Below are positions 21,820-49,479 of a stretch of 64,000 nucleotides of DNA, in pieces (positions within the stretch are counted from its first letter, which is position 1; each line of letters opens with the position of its first letter). The translations under genes were made by a program, and so were the position numbers. The notes beneath the pieces are model-generated. The model saw only the letters and a program-made list of their open reading frames with translations. It was not told the origin of the DNA and searched no databases. The stretch is from the human T2T-CHM13v2.0 reference genome, Homo sapiens. Location: assembly GCF_009914755.1 (NCBI RefSeq), contig NC_060930.1; one strand, given 5' to 3'.

Positions 21820-22040
21820 CATGTTGAACTCATTTTACAAACACATTTAACTAGATGACCACCTCCACTGCCCCAACACAAAAAAGTATCCCACGACACC
21901 TACACATGTTAATCAATCCAAATCAAAGGTGATTTGCCTACGCCAGAGCTAGTATGAAATATTGATTAAATACATAATATGAGAGGAAAGAAACCAGTTT
22001 TTCCCTTTTTAACTTACTGATTTCTAGAAATTATGTTTTA

Positions 22041-23529
<1,489 letters not shown>

Positions 23530-23540
23530 TTTTTTCCCCC

Positions 23541-29960
<6,420 letters not shown>

Positions 29961-30357
29961 GTCGGGGTAGGGCGTGCAGGGCGGCATACTTAGTTACTCT
30001 GGTTATCTTGAGTTAATGAGCCACCCTGTCGTCTGGCCGGAGGCAAGAGACTGTAAATCGATTGATTGTTCAACATTCCTTCCCAAAGTGGGACACTCGG
30101 CAACCTTGGTTGTCTCCTAAGGTCAGTTCCTGGAATTCTTTTAAATGCATAGTTCTAACATTATGGCGTCAGTGAGGCAGTGGGGTAGGTTTTGTGATCA
30201 GTGGAGATGCATGAAGGAATGCCCTAGTGGGGGTAGCCTGCAGCCAAGCCCCCTTTCTACTCTGCCTCATTTTATTCTATTTTTATTTCAGGTAGATTTA
30301 AGGTAATCATGGTCTTCCCTTCTCTTCCACAGCAGTTTGTAGAAGGCTCCTCTCTTA

Positions 30358-33716
<3,359 letters not shown>

Positions 33717-34434
33717 TCAAAAAGGATGTGATCTTGGGCAGGCAGCTCTGCAGCTGAAACAATCCCTGAAAGTCCTGACAGTTGTGGATCGTCTGCTGAA
33801 TGCACTTGTAATAGCTGAAGCAACAACTAGTCCTTCCTTGCAGGTAGATTTGGGCAGAGCATCTGTGTCTATTACATTTGGTCATAGAGAATGTGTTAAC
33901 ATGATTGCCTAAATACTAGCCGATTTCTCTAAGGATGGCTGTGTATTATTCTGCACTTTACCCAGAAGTGCAAACCAAAAACAAACAAATAGAAAGTCAA
34001 ATAAGGACATAAACAGGCATTTACAAAAAGAAAAGATACAAGAGGCTAATGAGGATGTGAAGATGCAGTATTCGTTAGTAATCAACAATAAATAACAATA
34101 AAACTTCATTTTACACTACTGAAACAAGCAAAAGTTAGAAGTCTCAACAATTTCATAGCAAAAACAAATGAATAAAAAGGTTACCTACAGAATGGGAGGG
34201 AATATTTGCACATCATATACCTGTAAAGGAGCTAATTTCCAAAATATATAAAGGACTCATAAAACACAATAGCAAAAAAAGGAGTACAAACAAAAACCAA
34301 ATAACCTAATTAAACAATGGGCAAAAAACTGGAACACATATTCCTCCAAAAAAGACATACAAATAACCAACAAGTATATAAAAAGATGCTCAACATCATT
34401 AATTATCAGGAAAATGCAAAACTACAAAGACATG

Positions 34435-35046
34435 TCACTTCATACTTGTAGAGATGGCTATTATAAAAAACAACAAAGATAACAAGTGTTGGCAAGGATG
34501 TGGAGAAATTGAAACCCCTGTACACTTGTTAGTGGGAATGTAAAATAGTGAAGCAGCAATGGAAAACAATATGAAGGTTCTTCCAAAAATTAAAAATAAG
34601 ACTACCGGATGGCCAAATAGGAACAGCTCCGGTCTACAGCTCCCAGCGTGAGCGACGCAGAAGACGGGTGATTTCTGCATTTCAATCTGAGGTACCGGGT
34701 TCATCTCACTAGGGAGTGCCAGACAGTGGGCGCAGGACAGTGGGTGCAGCGCACCGTGTGCAAGCCGAAGCAGGGCGAGGCATTGCCTCACTGGGGAAGT
34801 GCAAGGGGTCAGGGAGTTCCCTTTCCTAGTCAAAGAAAGGGGTGACAGACGGCACCTGGAAAATCGGGTCACTACCACCCCAATACTGCGCTTTTCCGAC
34901 GGGCTTAAAAAACGGCACACCAGGAGACTATATCCCGCACCTGGCTCGGAGGGTCCTACGCCCACGGAGTCTCGCTGATTGCTAGCACAGCAGTCTGAGA
35001 TCAAACTGCAAGGTGGCAGCGAGGCTGGGGGAGGGGCGCCCGCCAT
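34435..35046 (-). CDS. L1 antisense ORF0, open and C-terminally extended (203 codons from ATG 35046)
   Basis: MAGAPPPASLPPCSLISDCCASNQRDSVGVGPSEP... matches the primate L1 ORF0 N-terminus. No stop until 34435 in flanking DNA. Expression unknown. Confidence 0.5.
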   Translation of the reverse strand: MAGAPPPASLPPCSLISDCCASNQRDSVGVGPSEPGAGYSLLVCRFLSPSEKRSIGVVVTRFSRCRLSPLSLTRKGNSLTPCTSPVRQCLALLRLAHGALHPLSCAHCLALPSEMNPVPQIEMQKSPVFCVAHAGSCRPELFLFGHPVVLFLIFGRTFILFSIAASLFYIPTNKCTGVSISPHPCQHLLSLLFFIIAISTSMK

Positions 35047-35629
35047 TGCCCAGGCTTGCTTAGGTAAACAAAGCAGCCGGGAAGCTCCCACTGGGTGGAG
35101 CCCACCACAGCTCAAGGAGGCCTGCCTGCCTCTGTAGGCTCCACCTCTGGGGGCAGGACACAGACAAACAAAAAGACAGCAGTAACCTCTGCCGACTTAA
35201 ATGTCCCTGTCTGACAGCTTTGAAGAGAGCAGTGGTTCTCCCAGCACGCAGCTGGAGATCTGAGAACAGGCAGACTGCCTCCTCAAGTGGGTCCCTGACC
35301 CCTGACCCCCGAGCAGCCTAACTGGGAGGCACCCCCCAGTAGGGGCAGACTGACACCTCACACGGCCGGGTACTCCTCTGAGACAAAACTTCCAGAGGAA
35401 CGATCAGACAGCAGCATTCGCGGTTCATGAAAATCCGCTGTTCTGCAGCCACCGCTGCTGGTACCCAGGCAAACAGGGTCTAGAGTGGACCTTTAGCAAA
35501 CTCCAACAGACCTGCAGCTGAGGGTCCTGTCTGTTAGAAGGAAAACTAACAAACAGAAAGGACATCCACACCAAAAACCCATCTGTACATCACCATCATC
35601 AAAGACCAAAAGTAGATAAAACCACAAAG

Positions 35630-36652
35630 ATGGGGAAAAAACAGAGCAGAAAAACTGGAAACTCTAAAAAGCAGAGCGCCTCTCCTCCTCCAAAGGAACG
35701 CAGTTCCTCACCAGCAATGGAACAAAGCTGGACGGAGAATGACTTTGACGAGTTGAGAGAAGAAGGCTTCAGACGATCAAACTACTCCGAGCTACAGGAG
35801 GAAATTCAAACCAAAGGCAAAGAAGTTGAAAACTTTGAAAAAAATTTAGAAGAATGTATAACTAGAATAACCAATACAGAGAAGTGCTTAAAGGAGCTGA
35901 TGGAGCTGAAAGCCAAGGCTCGAGAACTACGTGAAGAATGCAGAAGCCTCAGGAGCTGATGCGATCAACTGGAAGAAAGGGTATCAGTGATGGAAGATGA
36001 AATGAATGAAATGAAGGGAGAAGGGAAGTTTAGAGAAAAAAGAATAAAAAGAAACAAACAAAGCCTCCAAGAAATATGGGACTATGTGAAAAGACCAAAT
36101 CTACGTCTGATTGGTGCACCTGAAAGTGACTGGGAGAATGGAACCAAGTTGGAAAACACTCTTCAGGATATTATCCAGGAGAACTTCCCCAATCTAGCAA
36201 GGCAGGCCAACATTCAGATTCAGGAAATACACAGATTCAGAACGCCACAAAGATACTCCACGAGAAGAGCAACTCCAAGACACATAATTGTCAGATTCAC
36301 CAAAGTTGAAATGAAGGAAAAAATGTTAAGGGCAGCCAGAGAGAAAGGTCAGGTTACCCACAAAGGGAAGCCCATCAGACTAACAGTGGATCTCTCGGCA
36401 GAAACTCTACAAGCCAGAAGAGAGTGGGGGCCAATATTCAACATTCTTAAAGAAAAGAAGTTTCAACCCAGAATTTCATATCCAGCCAAATTAAGCTTCA
36501 TAAGTGAAGGAGAAATAAAATACTTTACAGACAAGCAAATGCTGAGAGATTTTGTCACCACCAGGCCTGCCCTAAAAGAGCTCCTGTAGGAAGCACTAAA
36601 CATGGAAAGGAACAACCAGTACCAGCCACTGCAAAATCATGCCAAATTGTAA
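35630..36652 (+). pseudogene. L1 ORF1p, disrupted
   Basis: Starts MGKKQSRKTGNSK. Premature TGA at 35957-35959 and TAG at 36587-36589, plus a 9-nt in-frame insertion near 36230. Confidence 0.95.
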
Positions 36653-36715
36653 AGACCATCGAGGCTAGGAAGAAACGGCATCAACTAATGAGCAAAATAA
36701 CCAGCTAACATCATA

Positions 36716-40540
<3,825 letters not shown>

Positions 40541-41951
40541 ACAATGAGAACACATGGACATAGGAAGGAGAACATCACACTCTGGGGCCTGTTGTGGGGT
40601 GGGGGGAGGGGGGAGGGATAGCATTAAGAGATATACCTAATGCTAAATGACAAGTTAATGGGTGCAGCACACCAGCATGGCACATGTATACATACGTAAC
40701 TAACATGCACATTGTGCACATGTACCCTAAAACTTAAAGTATAATAATAATAAAATAAAATAAAAAAAGACTGCCATGTGATCCTGCAATCCCACTTTTG
40801 GGTATATTTGCAAAAAAATTGAAATCAGAATCTCAAGGAGATATATGCACTTCCATGTTCATTGTAGCATTATTCACAATAGCCAAGATATGGAAACAAC
40901 CTGTATCCATTGACAGATGAATGAAAAAACAAAGTGTGGCATATATATCCAACGGAAAATTATTAGGCTTAGAAAAGAAGAAAATCCTGCCATTTGCAAC
41001 AATATTGATGAACCTGGAGGACATTATGGGAACTGAAATAAGCCAGTCACAGCACAAATACTGCATGATTCCACTTACATGAGGTGTCTGTAACAGTTAA
41101 ACTCAGAAACAGAGAATGCAATAGTGGTTGCCAGGGGCTGGGAGGCTGAAGAAGATGGGGAATTGTTGCTCAATGGATATATTTCAGTTATGCTACATGA
41201 ATAAGTTCTAGAGATCTGCTGTACAACATAGCACCTACAGTTAACAATAAGGTATTGTACGCTTCAAAATTTGTTAAGATGACAGCTCTCACTTTAAATG
41301 TTTGTACCACATACAAAAAATAAAGACGAAACAAAACCAAAAAAACCCAAAGAGACATAAGGAAACTTTGGTTGGTGGATATGTCTATTACCTTGATTGT
41401 GGTGATGGATCATGGGTATTTCCTTGTGCCCGAATTCATCATATTGTACACATTGTGTGCAGTTCTTTGTATATCAGTTATACCTCAATAAATCTGTTTT
41501 TTTGTTGTTGTTGTTTTTTGTTTTTTTGTTTTTGAGACAGAGTATCATTCTGTTGCCCAGACTGGAGCGCAGTGGCGCAGTCTCAGCTCAGTGCAATCTC
41601 TGCCTCCTGGGTTCGAGTGATTCTCCTGTTTCAGCCTCCTGAGTAGCTGGGATTACAGGCGCCTGCCACTGCGCCCGGCTAATTTTTGTACTTTTAGTAG
41701 AAATGGGGTTTCACCATCTTGGCCAGGCTGTTCTCGAACTCCTGACCTTGTGATCCACCTGTCTTGGCCTCCCAAAGTGCTGGGATTACAGGCGTGAGCT
41801 ACCACACCAGGCCAATAAATTTTTTTTTAAAAGAAATCTAATGTCAAGAGTTGCTAGATTTGTTATTGCTTTGCAATTGTTCTTTGCATATTCTAAGAAT
41901 TATTTCATTGCTTGTTTTAAATATTGCAAATAACTTCTCTAAATCTGTCGT

Positions 41952-42578
41952 TGTGTTAGTCCGAGTTCTCCAGAGTAACAGATTATATAGATATATATTA
42001 TTATACATATAATTTATTATATGTAAATTTTATAACATTGTAGTATAATTGTAATTAGTATATATTATAACATATCCTAATATAATAATACTTATTATGT
42101 TACTATAATAAATATTATGCATATTTACTATATATATAAAGAGACTTATTATAAGGTTTTGCTTTACGCAATTCTGGAGGCTGAGAGGTTCCATGATCTA
42201 CCATCTGCAAGCTGGAGACCCAAAAAAGCTAGTGTTGTATTTGGAAGGCCTAAGAGCTGGAGGGTGGGTGGCATAGATTCTTATCAAATCTAAGGGCCTG
42301 AGAACCAGGAGCATCAAGGGCAGAGTGTGAGTGTTCCTGCACAACCTGTCAAGCAGAGAGAAGGTGAATCCAACCTTCCCCTCCTTCTGTTCTATTCAGA
42401 CCCTCAATGGATTGGATTATGTCCACCCACATTGAGGAAAGCCATCGGCTTTACTCAGTCCAGCAATTCAAATGCTACTGTCTTCTGGAAACACCCTCAC
42501 AGACATACCCAGAAATGATGTTTAATCACATGTCTGGGCATCCTGTGGCCCAGTAAAGTTGACCCATAAAATTATCAG
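41952..42578. mobile_element. MLT2 (ERVL) LTR with internal AT-rich low-complexity tract
   Basis: 'acaccctcacagacatacccagaaat..gtggcccagtaaagttgaccc' MLT2 signature. Confidence 0.7.
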
Positions 42579-42767
42579 ATTCATCAATGTGTTAATTTTG
42601 TTCTAAGGTATTCTTTGTCTCTAAGGTATTTGAAATCTTTAACAATCTCCAATTTCTTTCAAACTAAAGGCTTGGCCAGCCGTGGTGGCTCTTGCCTGTA
42701 ATCCCAGCACTTTGGGAGGCCGAGGCAGGTGGATCACAAGGTCAGGAGATCGAGACCATCCTGGCTA

Positions 42768-43028
<261 letters not shown>

Positions 43029-43261
43029 TTAATTTTGATTTAATTAAATTTATCTCTCCCTTTTTTTGACTTTAGGGACTGTGCTTGTTAGCGTGTGGCA
43101 TGCCAATGGATAATAATGATAATGAAAACTATGATGATGACAAAAATGATAATGATGATAGCAGGTAATTTACTGTGTGCATAATAGGGAAGAAAGAATT
43201 TTTATTACTATTCCTTATTAAATTTATTTCTTTTAAAATTGTTTCTTACTATTTCTTATTA

Positions 43262-43636
<375 letters not shown>

Positions 43637-43878
43637 TCACAACAACACAATAATAGCTGGGCATACAATGGCAACCCATGCCTGTAGTCCCAGCTATTCA
43701 GGAGGCTGAGGCATGAGGATCACTTGAGCCCAAGAAGTGGAAGGCCAGCCTGGGCAACATAGCAAGGCCACATCTCTAAAATTTAAAAAACAAAAATGAC
43801 AAAAAGCAATGTAATAACTCCTTTGCCTACTGATAGGGCAACCAGAGTGGAGTGAATATGGAAAGCTAGTTTACATAT

Positions 43879-44238
43879 TGATATGATTCGGCTCTGTGTC
43901 ACCACCCAAATCTCACCTTGACTTGTAATAATCCTCATGTGTCATGGCAGGCACCTGGTGAGAGGTAATTGAATCATGGGGGCACATTTATCCCCTGCTG
44001 TTCTCGTGATAGTGAATAAGTCTCATGAGATCTGATGTTTTTATAAAAGGCAGTTCCCCTGCACACGCCCTCTTACCTGCCACCATGTAAGATATGCCTT
44101 TGCTTCTCCTTTGCCTTCTGCCATAATTGTGAGGCCTCTCCAGCCATGTGGAACTGTGAGTCCATTAAACCTCTTTCCTTTATAAATTACCCAGTCTTGG
44201 GTATGTCTTTCTTAGCAGCATGAGAACAGACTAATATA
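43879..44238 (+). mobile_element. THE1 (THE1D-like) solo LTR
   Basis: TGATATGATTCGGCTCTGTGTC ... GAACAGACTAATA. Confidence 0.85.
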
Positions 44239-44920
44239 TATATTCAGTTACCTTTCTCATGAGAAACTTTTTGTTTCCTTCAGAACCATTAAAGTCCTGT
44301 TCTAATCTATCATGAGAATCCATTCTACTTCAGCTTATGTGTGTTCCATGGTACATATATTTTAAAAGCAGTTGGCTATAATGGGAAACCAGGAAGAGGA
44401 GAAACTAGAGTAAATGACATAGTGGCAACAATCATAGTGTTACTGGAAGACAAATGGCTGAGTGGGATACATACCCATGCACTATTCTCCCCTATCCTGC
44501 TCCCTCCACCACCAAGAAGTTGATGGAGCCAGAGGTCCTAGCATTGAAAACAATGTGGCTTTATTTCACCATCTGCATGCACTCCTATTTAAAACTAAGA
44601 TAAAGAAAGGTGGTAGTGACTTAGTTGCTTTACATTTAAATTACTTGGAAATGTTCCATGTTTACATGTCATAGAACACAAGAACTCACAGACATACAGC
44701 GTCAGTGTGATACCAGTAATTTGACAAGTTCTCATCCCTTAGGTCATCAGCCGGTACACCAGAGCAAGTGTGCTATATTGAAAATAAAATAATAGGACAG
44801 GCTGGGCACGGTGGCTCACGCCTATAATCCCAGCACTTTGGGAGGCCGAGGTGGGTGGATCACCTGGGGTCAGTCATTTGAGACCACCCTGGCCAATATG
44901 GTAAAACCCTGTCTCAACTA

Positions 44921-45175
<255 letters not shown>

Positions 45176-46070
45176 TTAGACAGGACATAAGGAGATGTTG
45201 GGAGCTTTGCAAAAGAATCAATTAAATTCACCACACAAGGCTGGGCGCGGTGGCTCATGCCTATAATTCCAGCACTTTGGGAGGCCAAGGCGGGCAGATC
45301 ACGAGGTCAGGAGATTGAGACCATCCTGGCTAACACGGTGAAACCCCATCTCTACTAAAAGTACAAAAAATTAGCCAGGAGTGGTGGCCTGCGCCTGTAG
45401 TCCTAGCTACTCAGGAGGCTGAGTCAGGAGAATCGCTAGAACCCAGGAGGCAGAGGTTGCAGTGAGCCAAGATCGTGCCACTGCACTCCAGCATGAAGAC
45501 AGAGCGAGACTTCTTCTCAATAAATAAGTAAATAAATAAATAAATAAATAAATTCACCACACCAAAAAAAGGTCCTTGCAAAGATCAAAAATCCACTCAG
45601 TATCAGCATCTAATCTACTAAGCCAGCCAGCACATGGAATGATACATCAATAAAAAACTAAATAAACATTTATGTCTGTATTTAACTGCCTCAACTTCTG
45701 GTGTTTTAATCTATTTTCAAAATTGTTAAGGGGAGAAAGACAAAAGCCTTGTTTTGTTTACAGAATACATGCAATGTCTCACTCTTTAAAAAGACAGGTG
45801 GGAAGAGGAAGTTCTGCGGAACAAATGTGGGTCCTCCAATCTTTACCACGGAACCACATCCCCACTGTAGGTATTACTGACTATTCTGATTATTGACCAA
45901 AATTGCCACAAAAATGGTGTCTTTATATAGTTTCTTGCAGAATAACTACCAGGAAGTGGGAACAAAGATGAAAAGCAAACACTAGCAGTGACCTCGAAAG
46001 AGGAATGAAATAACCTATGAACAAACAGAATAGGTCTTGCTTCATTTTGCTCCTTGTGGGGAAGACAAAT

Positions 46071-46138
46071 TGGAGATACCAAGGATCGAACTGGGAACCC
46101 TAGGCATGCAAATTGTAAGCTCTAGCACTTATATCCTT
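46071..46138 (-). pseudogene. Heavily decayed tRNA-Ala(TGC)-like relic
   Basis: Plus strand TGGAGATACCAAGGATCGAACTGGGAACCCTAGGCATGCAAA..CTCTAGCACT aligns to the reverse complement of the Ala-TGC gene at 56777, with many substitutions and a D-arm deletion. Confidence 0.65.
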
Positions 46139-46511
46139 GCAACCATCTCTGTTCTCTCCCCAATCTTGAGTCCAAAAAATTTTCGTAAACACAATTTGCA
46201 TAGCTGTTTCTTCAAGGTTGTATCAATAATTCACGTCTTATTTTTGAGAAGAAAAAGTTACCCTTTAGTTCATTCAAATGACCTTAAATTCAATTGAACC
46301 AGACCAGGTCTCATTCAACAAGCAACTGAAAAGATGGCTTACAATACAATATATGCTATATAAACAGATATTATAGATTGTATATATGACAGCCCCCCCC
46401 ACCAAAAAAAGATAGCATATTGGTGAAAAGACCAGGGTAACAACGGCAGAAAAGGTATCTTAAGGCAAATAGTTCAGACAGTTCCTGATATAAAGCTCAA
46501 AGCTAATTTTT

Positions 46512-47108
46512 TAAAGTGTTTCAGTTATATTTAATACTTAAGCAAAACATTTTTGACTATACATCTCTATAATGCACAATACTAAAAAAGTCCAAAATTT
46601 TTATCATAAAGATGGTTATGAAACTGAATACCACAATGGTTGTAATGTGGTATTACAGTTTATGAAGACAGTTTTGTTTTGTGGTTTTTTTTTTTTTCTT
46701 AAAGTTTTTTGGACGTTAACAGGCGCTCAACATCTTCTTCCATTTACTCCTTTCTGAACTGGCTCAGACTGCTTAGCACATACGCAGACGGTGTTAAGAA
46801 GGTCGTAAAACACCAGAATTCCAACAGCCATATTTCCATGGCATACATGGGCTGGCGCGGAGGCTCAGAATGGGCAAGGCAGGGGTCGGGCTGCAGGGCG
46901 AGCAGGGCCACGCAGCGGTGGTGGCAGAGTTGAGGACAGAGCCCGGGTAGGCGAGGCATGGCGCGTCAGGTGAGATAAAGCCAGGCAAGCCAATGGGAGG
47001 GACCGCGTGAGTGGGTTGAGGCCAAGCGGCGCGAGCTCCAGAGCTGGTGAGGCAGCTGGTTTGCGCTGGAGCCCCAGCCACGAGGAGGCCCCTGCCCAAC
47101 CCTTCCGC
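46512..47108 (-). pseudogene. COX8CP1: Processed retrocopy of COX8C (cytochrome c oxidase subunit 8C); ORF 46744-46959, 71 aa
   Basis: MPRLPGLCPQLCHHRCVALLALQPDPCLAHSEPPRQ...FTTFLTPSAYVLSSLSQFRKE versus recalled COX8C [36 protein letters not shown]...[21 protein letters not shown]. Intronless, ATTAAA at 46535-46530, degenerate 16-bp TSD (46496-46511 / 47109-47124, 13/16) at a TT/AAGA L1-endonuclease site. Pseudogene symbol is from memory. Confidence 0.88.
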
Positions 47109-47445
47109 CTCAAAACTAACTCTTAAGATGATCCTCGTGGCTGAGAGAGGGTAGAATCATCTTCAACTGTGCTCCAAATAACTGTATTTCTGGTTACAAA
47201 TCATGTACCTTCAGTCATAACAATGTAAACCCAATTTTGTTAATGAGTGGTAAGATTTAAAGGTGTTCTAAAGCAGTTAGCAGTTACAGGATTTTGATAG
47301 TTGGAGAAAGTTTGGCACTATGAAAGTGTGCCGTGTTAAATACATCTGACCTTTAAAGCCACCGACCTATTTCCAAGTATTTGAAGACGTCAGGAAGTTC
47401 TACCCAAGCCTAAACAAAGAGGAGTAACCAACCAGTATGCTAAAG

Positions 47446-47517
47446 TGGAAACGCCAGGGATCGAAACCGGGACCTCATACATGCAAAGCGCGCGTTCTAC
47501 CACTAAACTACATCCAC
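47446..47517 (-). pseudogene. tRNA-Ala(TGC) pseudogene / low-scoring copy
   Basis: GTGGATGTAGTTTAGTGGTAGAACGCGCGCTTTGCATGTATGAGGTCCCGGTTTCGATCCCTGGCGTTTCCA. 10 of 72 positions differ from the 56777 gene, including an acceptor-stem mismatch and B-box G>T. Confidence 0.85.
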
Positions 47518-48089
47518 CTATGCACTAAAACCTTCTTTTCCTTTTATTTACTCATATAGCCCTTAACAATATAGAGTAGCACTACCCAATTCCGTCGGCT
47601 TTTTCAATTTATATTCATAGAAAATCAAGTCGGTTCAACAAATTGTTATCAATGCCATACATAACTTCCTTGTACTTTCCCTAAATTTCATTTACCACAA
47701 ACACCTTATAAGAGTAGATTTATGTTAAGTTTGTTCCCTTCTCTAGTAAGGTAGCTTCTGGAGGGCAGAGGCTATTTTTCTTTCATCAGGCTTCCCACAC
47801 CCTTAGTATAGAGGTGGAGTACAGCAGCCACTCACAGAGCAGTGAGAAATAAATTACAGGTGCCCTCTGTTCAGGATATATTTCACAGTACAGAGACTTG
47901 CAATGAAGTGTGAAGGTGGAGGAGGGAGGATTCAAAATTACATAAACAGATCATTCCAATAGCGTATGACAAGTGCTCTGGCAAAGATAAGCATATATAA
48001 CTATGGCATTAAGCAGAAAGTATACCACTTTCTTGATCAAAAATTGACGACTCCAGGAATTTTGAAAGACTTGACCAAATAAATAAAGG

Positions 48090-49420
48090 CCGAGAGTTAC
48101 GCATGAGAACCAACATGGGTTGTGCTTCTCGGATTCAGGCCAAAGTTCTCTGCGCCGGTGGGTGGAGCTTCGTTGCACGAAATGAACACCCAGTAGTGAT
48201 CTGCCCGGCTAACGCTGGGGCTTTGCGGACCTCAGGTCTTAGGCAGGAGCTTGCGGGCCTAAAATGCATTAGCTGGTTTTTACTGAATTTACGCTTAGCA
48301 GAGACCTACAGAAAAATGAGATCCAGCTCGCCGCTGGAGGGAACAGCTCTGGCCTCCCAGTGACGCTGATATAGACGCGAGGCTGGAGTGATTTTTTTGA
48401 TAATCCTGCTAGAGACAGAATGGGTAAGGATGGGTAAGGGCGACCACCACCGTTAAGCAATGACATGCGAGCTCCAGCACCGCGTCTCCCCGGTAGGATG
48501 CTCACTGCGCTAGCGGGAGGGGACCGTTAAGTATTTTCCGGAACCGTTTATCAGCTCGGCCTTGGACATATGTCCTTTTACCCTTCAGCAATAAAAACAT
48601 GGCCCTTTCTCCCCGCTCTCGGGCGGTTAATTTTAACCCGCAGATCGCAGTTTCAGCGGACTAACATTCCTCGCAGACCAAGCCTCGTCTCTGCCTTCTT
48701 AGGATTCAGCTTGGGGTGGTCCATTGACTTCTCCAGGGAGCTCCTAGCGTTTGCGGCCGCGTCACATCTCCAACCTTTGCCTCGCCCTGCCTGTCATCCC
48801 GGTTTTCTTTCTTGCCCGCCTAAGTGTGGCGGACAGGGATACTATTCCCCGCCTTCCATACCGCCCCTTCCTCCTTGTCGCGGACTCCTTGTCCTTGCCG
48901 GTTCACCTCCCTGTGGAGGACCTCCTCTCTCTGTCATTGGAACAAGCCTTGCTCGGTCGTCAGTGTGGATGTTCCTGGGTCCCCTAGAACACTCGAAATC
49001 TCCCCAAAAATACCAGAGAGTAGCGGTGGGTGCCCTGCCCCTTGCTGTACCCCTCTGTCCGCAGCCGTGTTGTGGAGGGAAAGGGAGAATAGAAAACCAA
49101 TGTGAAAAAAAAAAGGCAAAAGCTAAGATGAAAGCTTTTGAATCAAGTAAAAGAGGCCCCAAAATAAATAAATATAAATCTCTAGAAATAAGCAAAGAGA
49201 GCCTAACTGGAGGATAAAACCTTTGGCTCTTTGCTTATTTCTCTTGCTGCGCTTCTCTGCATCCCAGACTAACTCCTTTCCACCCACCACCTGCCGCTCC
49301 CCGCTGCCGCAAGTGGTTCCTTAACAGACCGCAACGGGTGGCGGAGAGATCTGGGTGACCTGACTCGGGCGTCCATCCCCCGGCCTGGGCTGCGGGACAC
49401 GCTGGTAACCAACAGGCCAA
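48090..49420. promoter_or_regulatory. CpG-rich island not attributable to a recognised gene or repeat
   Basis: High CpG density, NotI site GCGGCCGC at about 48753, splice-like signals on both strands. Confidence 0.6.
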
Positions 49421-49479
49421 TGCAGGTTCTAGGGATGTCAATCCCTGTCTACTGCTTAGCCCTGCGTGTTTAGTTAAAG

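Noticed and set aside
48570-49217. 215-aa ORF in the CpG island
   Set aside because: Low-complexity Pro/Leu/Ser composition expected from GC-rich DNA; no domain recognised.
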